From positions 11,718,001-11,782,000 of the forward strand of contig NC_043021.1 in assembly GCF_006345805.1 (NCBI RefSeq): 64,000 nt of DNA, written 5' to 3'. Made by a program: the position numbers and the translations under genes. Under the pieces are notes generated by a model. The model was not told where the DNA came from, ran no database searches, and saw nothing but the letters and a program-made list of their open reading frames with translations. This document shows positions 51,501 through 59,582 of the stretch, piece by piece (the first letter of the stretch is position 1; every line of letters starts with the position of its first letter). The stretch comes from Octopus sinensis. Taxonomy: Eukaryota.

Positions 51501-54500
51501 ACCACTAAGCATTTCGCCCAGCATGCTAACGATTCTGCCAGCTGGGTGGTGTTACATATTGCTTTGCTGTTTTATATGCTGCCTTGCTATCTTAGGCACT
51601 GCTTTGTGGTCATACATACTGTTATCTTATATAGCACACAGACTCACACTTGCATTATTTAATCCTTGCACACTACACTACACTGCTGTTGGTATTACAA
51701 AATCATGCAGTAACGAAATCTCAAACTTATACAGCGTTGCTGAAGCATTACACAACACTGAGTCTTTTCGAGAAATTCATACGAGTCCTTTCAAAACTCA
51801 AAACACACTGGCAAAAATCTATGCTAACAAAAAATTAAAACCACGCATGTATAAATGCATACTGCATCAGCTAAGACAAACAGTGTTCCAGTTGAGCCGA
51901 TCAATGGAACAGCCTGGCTCATGAAATTAATGTGCAAGCGGCTGAGTAGTCTAGAGATATGTGTACCCTTAATGTAGTTCTCAGGAAGATTCACTGACAC
52001 AGAATGTGACAAGGCTGGCCCAGTGAATTACAGGTACTGCTCATTTTTGCCATCTGAGTGGACTGGAGCAATGTGAAATAAAGTGTCTTGCTCAAGAACA
52101 CAATGCACAGCTGGAAATTGAACTCGTGACCTTATGATCATGAGCCAATTACCCCTGACCACTAAGCCATGTGCCTTCAGTCTAAACCAGTGCTCCACAA
52201 CACTTTTTCACTTGCGGTACACTTATATTTTCAAAATTCAGCAGCACACCTGAGCTAAAAATATAACTAAACATATTGGGGGATAAAAAATTATTTTCAC
52301 GTTACACTGTGGCACACCTGTGCGCAATGAAATACCAGTTGCAGAGCACTGGCCTAAACACATACCCACCTCTGTGAAAGGGCTTTTCTAAAAACCATCC
52401 GAACATGGCCATTGCCAGCCTCGTCTGGCCCCCGTGCCAGTGGCACGTAAAAAGCACCATCCGATCGTGGCCATTGCCAGCCTCGCCTGGCCCTCGTTTC
52501 TGGTGGCACGTAAAAAGCACCATCCGATCGTGGCTGTTTGCCAGCCCCGTCTGGCACGTAAAAAGCACGCACTAGACTCACGGAGTGGTTGGCGTTAGGA
52601 AGGGCATCCAGCCGTAGAAACATTGCCAGATCAGACTGGGCCTGGTGCAGCCTTCTGGCTTCCCAGACCCCAGTTGAACCGTCCAACCCATGCTAGCATG
52701 GAAAGTGGATGCTAAATGATGATGATGATGCACACTCATAAACAGAGAGCTGTGAGATCTTTACTAAACATCAGACAGTTTGCTGTAAGAGATTTGTGTC
52801 AAACTACAACAAAGATGCTGCTGTGAGAGGGCTTTGTTAAAAGTGTTTCCCACATCCACACACAGTTGTGAGAAGTCTTTAACTAAACCATCACGTGCAG
52901 CACCGTGTGAGATTTTTGCTCAATATCACATACACACGGATATCACATATGCAGCACGGATTTTTGTCAGTGAACAGGTCGCGGTCTTAAAGCGACGAAA
53001 ATATTTTGACAAATTAAACTTAAATGTTGAAGTGAATCGAACGGCTTTTGTGTGTTTCTTAAATGGCTTACAAACACCTTCCACGCTGCAATTGTTTTCG
53101 TTTCAGCACACAATCTCAGATCAAATCACTTGCTATGCAAGTACATCTCCGTAACACATACACACAGACTGGTTTTAAATTTTGGCACAAAGCCAGCAAT
53201 TTCAGCCATCAACTCCAATGTTCAACTGGTACTTATTTCACTGACCCTGAAAGAACGAAAGGTAAAGTTGACCACTGCAAAATTTGAACCCAGTGTGTAA
53301 AGATGGAGAAAGTGCTGCTAAGCATTTTGCCTGGCACAGGAACAATTCAATCTGCTCACTGCCTCATTACAAACACACGTCTTACTGTAAGAATGTTGTT
53401 TGTTCCTTCTTGAGCCATACCTGGTTCAAACGGGCCAGTTTCCTAGTTTCATTGGCATATAGGTTCCTCACCTGGATGGGGTGCCAGTCCATCGCAGGTG
53501 AGCTGCTAGATGCAGGAGCAAAGAGTGAGAGAAAGTTGTGGCAAAAGAGTCAGCAGAAGTTCACCATTACCTTCTGCTGGAGCCGTATGGAGCTTAGGTG
53601 TTTCGCTCATAAACACACACACACACACACACACATCACCTGGTCCAAGATTCGAACCCACGATCTCTTGACCATGAGTCCGCTGCTTTAACCATTAGGC
53701 CATGTGCCTCCACTTGCTGTAAGAATAACTTTGTGAAAATATCACACACCTGAATATATGGTTTCATACAGGTTAGCTGATTAAGAACACAATTACCTGG
53801 CACATACCTGGCACTAGGCCATGTATGGAGCTAAGGTGTTTCGCTCATAAACACACACACACACACACATCACCTGGTCCAAGATTCGAACCCACGATCT
53901 CTTGACCATGAGTCTGCTGCTCTAACCATTAGGCCATGCACCTCCACTTGCTGTAAGAATAACTTTGTGAAAATATCACACACCTGAATATATGGTTTCA
54001 TACAGGTTAGCCGATTAAGAACACAGTCACCTGGCACTTACCTGTTGCTGAGCTGTGTTAAGACCAAGATGTTTGATGAAGTTACTGGGATCTATGTACC
54101 TGAGGTTAGACGAGAAAAATTATATTTAGATATGGAATTGAAAATGTTATTGTGTACATGCATATTTGTATATATGAAACTCTATGTCTATATACCGTGT
54201 TTGAGTTGATGACTGTGTGTGTGTGTGTGTGTTGAAATAATAATAATAGCAGCAGTAATAGTAATTATAATAAAGAAAAAAGGGAGAAACAAGTGGTTTG
54301 GAGTTGACCTAGTGACTGACCTTTGTTTACTGAACTGTAACAGGGCAAATATCAATTGTAAATGACCACAAATTGTTGAAGGTGTCCAATCAGAATCTAG
54401 AAATATAAATTTATATATACATTTATACCGGGAGTAAACACATAAATGTGAAACAAGGTGGAAAAAAGAGTACTCAAATACCAGTGGTAGAGTAATATGC

Positions 54501-56750
54501 TTTATTTAAAGCAGCAGAAAATTCAACAAAACCTGTTACCCTGAGTTTCCCATTTCCGTTCGTCGGACAGTTTTTGCTAGAATGGAACCGATAAGTGAAT
54601 TCTATTCAGACTATTACAAACGCTACACCTTTAAAAAATGGACTTGTTTGATTTATATATACATACATATATAAGGGTGATGTTAGGGTTGTTAAATTAT
54701 AAATTTACATACAAAAACAACAACAAAAAAAGTTATTGTTGAAAGACCTCAATACATTTAGAAGAGACGAAATCCTTTCCGTCTGATTTTTTAGGAATCG
54801 GGTTTTATGTTTTTCCAGCTCCATCACAGTCAGCCCTCCCCCTCCTCACCCCACTCTTTGGTAATGTGGTAACTGTGTAACTCCCTCTACAGCAACAAAC
54901 TGTTTCTGCTCTGGCCCTTTCTGTCATCTATTATCATTTGTGATACCCTTAAAACCCGGAACTTTACAGCACCCCCTTGAACACGCTTCAGACATGCTTA
55001 TACAAGGACACAGATGCACATTGAAAAACACTCACATATATGCTTAAGTACACACAAGCATTAACACATACACTCTGGTACCATGTTAAAAGCACCCGGC
55101 ACACTCTGTGGAATGGTTGGCGTTAGAAAGGGCATCCAGCCTTAGAAACCATACCAGAACAGACAACGGAGCCTGGTGTGGCCCCTGGACTTACCAGCTC
55201 CTGTCAAACCGGCCAATCCATGTCAGCATGGAAAAACCAATGTTAAATGATGATGATAATGATGATGAAGAAGAATACATAAACTCATGCACACACACAC
55301 ACCTACATGTAGGCTAAAGCACACACAGACACATGCATGTATGCTCAAACACACACACACACACTGTGATAAATATATGGCCATCTCACCTGTAGGACTG
55401 TTGGGGGGTTGTTCTTCACGACTCCTCCACTGGTAAACAGCTTTTCTCACTTGTTGGTTGTGGAACCATAGCTAACAAAACACAGAGCATAGCAATCAAT
55501 TAAAAGTAGGTGAAGGAGTGGCTGTGTGGGAAGAAGTTTGCTTCCCAACCACATGGTTCCGGGTTCTACTATAGCCTCAGGCCAACCAAAGATTTGTGAG
55601 TGGATTAGGGAGATGCAAACTGAAAGAAGTCCATTGCATATGTATATGTATATATATGTGTGTGTGTATGTATGTAGATATATATATATGTGTATGTGTG
55701 TTTGTATACATATACGTATATGTGTATGTATGTATGTATATATATATATAAATTTAAAATAATAAGGGTGAAGAATTGAATCTTAATTTAAAACCAGTGG
55801 TCTAGCATATTTAAAAATCTGAAGTTTCGGAAAAAACTACATTACATACATATAAAAGGGTTTTATATGTAATATATATATATATATATATTTATATATA
55901 CACATACAAAGTGAAATCATAGTGGCCGATGCTGGTGTCAGTGACGCATAGACTGTAAAGGGAGGTAACTAAATTGAGTTTGGCAAATTTGTTTGGCACT
56001 CAACAATAGTTGAAAAAGAAAAACAAAAATGATCGACTGTGTATGAAATATGCATGCTTGGTGTTAAGGGAGGCAACTCCTATCAGCGCCATATAGTCGA
56101 TTGTGCAGGTGAGTGTTGGCAACAGGAAGGGCCTCCAGCCAGAGATTATCTGCCGCAAATTCCATCCGATCCAAGCAAGCATGGGAAAGTGGATATTAAA
56201 TGACGATGATGGCTGCAGAAGACTTGACACACTCTCGGCCTTCACAAGCACATGCTGATATTGATTCGACCACGTAGCGACCCACTCACAGGAATCAACG
56301 TACACCTGTCACTCTCTCACTACATTCAAAGACACATGCTGATATCAATCAAATCCACGTAGTGACCCACCTGTAGGAATGTATTGACGTAACACGTTGC
56401 TCCAAGGTTTTTGAGGCCGACAAAAGAATCCTGAAAGGAAATTTCAAAAAAAAAAAAATAAATAAATTTACTGTGTTTGCACACACACACACACACACAC
56501 ACGCGTGCACACACAATAAACAAACTGATCATACAGTCAACAAAAGAGCTTCTGTGTTGAAGCTTCTAATAGCAGGAGTGGCTGTATGGTAAGTAGCTTG
56601 TTTACCAACCACATGGTTCCGGGTTCAGTCCCACTGCGTGGCACCTTGGGCAAGTGTCTTCTACTATAGCCTCAGGCCGACCAAAGCCTTGTGAGTGGAT
56701 TTGGTAGACGGAAACTGAAAGAAGGCCGTCGTATATATGTGTGTGTGTGA

Positions 56751-56838
<88 letters not shown>

Positions 56839-57438
56839 GTGTGCGTGTATGTATGTTTGTGTGTCTGTGTTTGTCCCATCCAACATCGCTTGACAACCGA
56901 TGCTGGTGTGTTTATGTCCCCGTCACTTAGCGGTTCGGCAAAAGAGACCGATAGAATATGTACTGGGCTTACAAAGAACAAGTCCCAGGGTCGAGTTGCT
57001 CGATTAAAGGTGGTGCTCCAGTATGGCCGCAGTCAAACGACTGAAACAAGTAAAAGAGTATATGTTGACGTCAGTGTAACAATATAGCCTTCATTTAACT
57101 AAGGTATATTCGGTCTGATAAGTAGCTGGTTGAGTGCCCCTCGTTGAGTAATAGTTACTTTCAAGGTTCTGCTAGCTAGCAAACATATGTAGCCTGGATT
57201 TTTACCTGCTCCATTCCCTCAATTTAGATTGTTATTTGCAAACATAGCAAACCCAGTTGCTAAAATATGAACTATGAAATAACTTTTTCCAGCTTATTGA
57301 ACTTCAGTATGGGAAAAAACTACAACCTCCTACACCAATAAACTATTATTGTTCCTGAAGGTTGTTTTTTTATCCCTTCTATGGACTGCTCCAAGCTTAC
57401 GAACTTCCTGCACCTAGATCCTTGGATCTTACAATTAC

Positions 57439-57480
<42 letters not shown>

Positions 57481-58109
57481 ATATATATATATACTAAATC
57501 TGCCTAAATGTATAAATACCAGAACTTATTTTGACAGCAAGCTTCCTGATGATTTCATTTGAATGAAACAGTTCTAGTCCTGTAGAAGCTCCTTCTATAA
57601 GATAAATTAATTTACTCTGCTATGTATTGAGTACCTTATTTACTGTGGTTAACCCCGACTCAACCCGGGACCTACATATATATATATATATATATATTAT
57701 ACTCTTTACTCTATCTCTTTTACTTGTTTCAGTCATGTGACTGTGGCCATGCTGGAGCACCGCCTTTAGTCGATCAAATCGACCCTGGGACTTATTCTTT
57801 GTAAGCCTAGGACTTATTTTATCGGTCTCTTTTTTGCCGAACCACTAAGTTACGGGGACATAAACACACCAGCATCGGTTGTCAAGTGATGTTGGAGGGA
57901 CAAACACAGACACACAAACACGCACATACATATATATATATATACATATATACGACGGGCTTCTTTCAGTTTCCGTCTACCAAATCCACTCACAAGGCTT
58001 TGGTCGGCCCTAGGCTACAGTAGAAAACACTTGCCCAAGGTGCCACGCAGTGGGACAGAACCCGGAACTATGTGGTTTGTAAGCAAGCTACTTACCACAC
58101 AGCCACTCC

Positions 58110-58147
<38 letters not shown>

Positions 58148-59541
58148 AGTTCTTAATAAACAATGTTTACCAAGTAGGTAAAGGCGGCGAGCTGGCAGAA
58201 ACGTTAGCACGCCGGGCGAAATGCGTAGCCGTTTTTTGTCTGTCGTTACGTTCTGAGTTCAAATTCTGCCGAAGTCGACTTTGCCTTCATCCTTTCGGGG
58301 TCGATAAATTAAGTACCAGTTATGCACTGGGGTTGATGTAATCGACTTAATCCCTCTGTCTGTCCTTGTTTGTCCCCTCTATGTTTAGCCCCTTGTGGGT
58401 AGTAAAGAAATAAATGTTTACCAAGTAGAAATTAAAAACAAAAGTATGATTCTTTCATGCATGTCCACAAACTGTCCTCTTGTCATGGAGACCTCCCTCC
58501 AGGACGGACCAAGCAAGAAGGAGGTCACTGTGCATGCATTACTGGAAGGCCATAGTAAACATATAGTTTTAAAAACACATATAGCAGATATATTTTGCTT
58601 AGGTAATGCAATATTAATAATCTTGTGTAGAACTCAATATATGTATGCTTCTAAAAGAAGCATTGGTCGGGTACAGAGGGGTAATAAGAAAAAAGGGGAG
58701 GCAAAGGAGATGACTTGAAAGAAATATTAACCAAATCTTCTTTAAGGTTTGCCTCTAGTCTTATGAGAATGGAGGACACATTGGAAAATATAATCCACAT
58801 ATTCACCACCCACTGCCACCTAGCAAAATAAGGAATGGTCACAGGTGGAATGTCTTTGTTTTTTATTGTAAGTGTGCTCCATCAGAGCTTGACGTAGGGC
58901 TGTGGAGGAGACCCCCTTCGGTCATGAATGACCATGGGATTGCACCTAGAAAGTTACCCTCCCAGGCACAAGTCCGGGCAAGGTTGTTTATGGAAGGCCA
59001 GCAGTTGCCCATGCATACTGGCCTCCCCTCTCCACACCACTGATGTTATCCAAGGGAAAGGCAAAAGGGCCGATACAGCTTGGCACCAGTGATGTTGTAA
59101 CTCATTTCTACAGCTGAGTGAACTGGAGCAACGTGAAATAAAGTGTCTTGCTCAAGAACACAACACGCAGCCCGGCCCAGGAATCGAACTCACAATCTCA
59201 CGATCGTAAGTGACCTAGGACTAAACAGCAGCTAAACATACATGTATACACATGCAATACTCACAAACAGATGAACTGTGTGCCTTTAAACAAACATACA
59301 CACTTACATACATACATATATATATACATACATTTGCACACACATATACATTCATGTACTCAGAAGTAGAAAGTGCTACCCACCGGGTGACGTCGTTCAT
59401 TGTTTGGGTCTTCGATATCATGCCATTTGCGCTCATCTATCTGTCCGAGCCACACCCTTTCTCCGATGCCGTTTAGACAGAAGGGGTTGCCACGACAGTT
59501 CCGCCTGACAAGAAAATGCAAAGAATAGTAAATACATACAA

Positions 59542-59582
<41 letters not shown>

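Noticed and set aside
58395-58860. ORFs in the higher-complexity intron 2 segment as a Penelope RT or GIY-YIG fragment
   Set aside because: No RT or GIY-YIG motif was recognised in the frames read; no autonomous Penelope-like ORF was found in the window.
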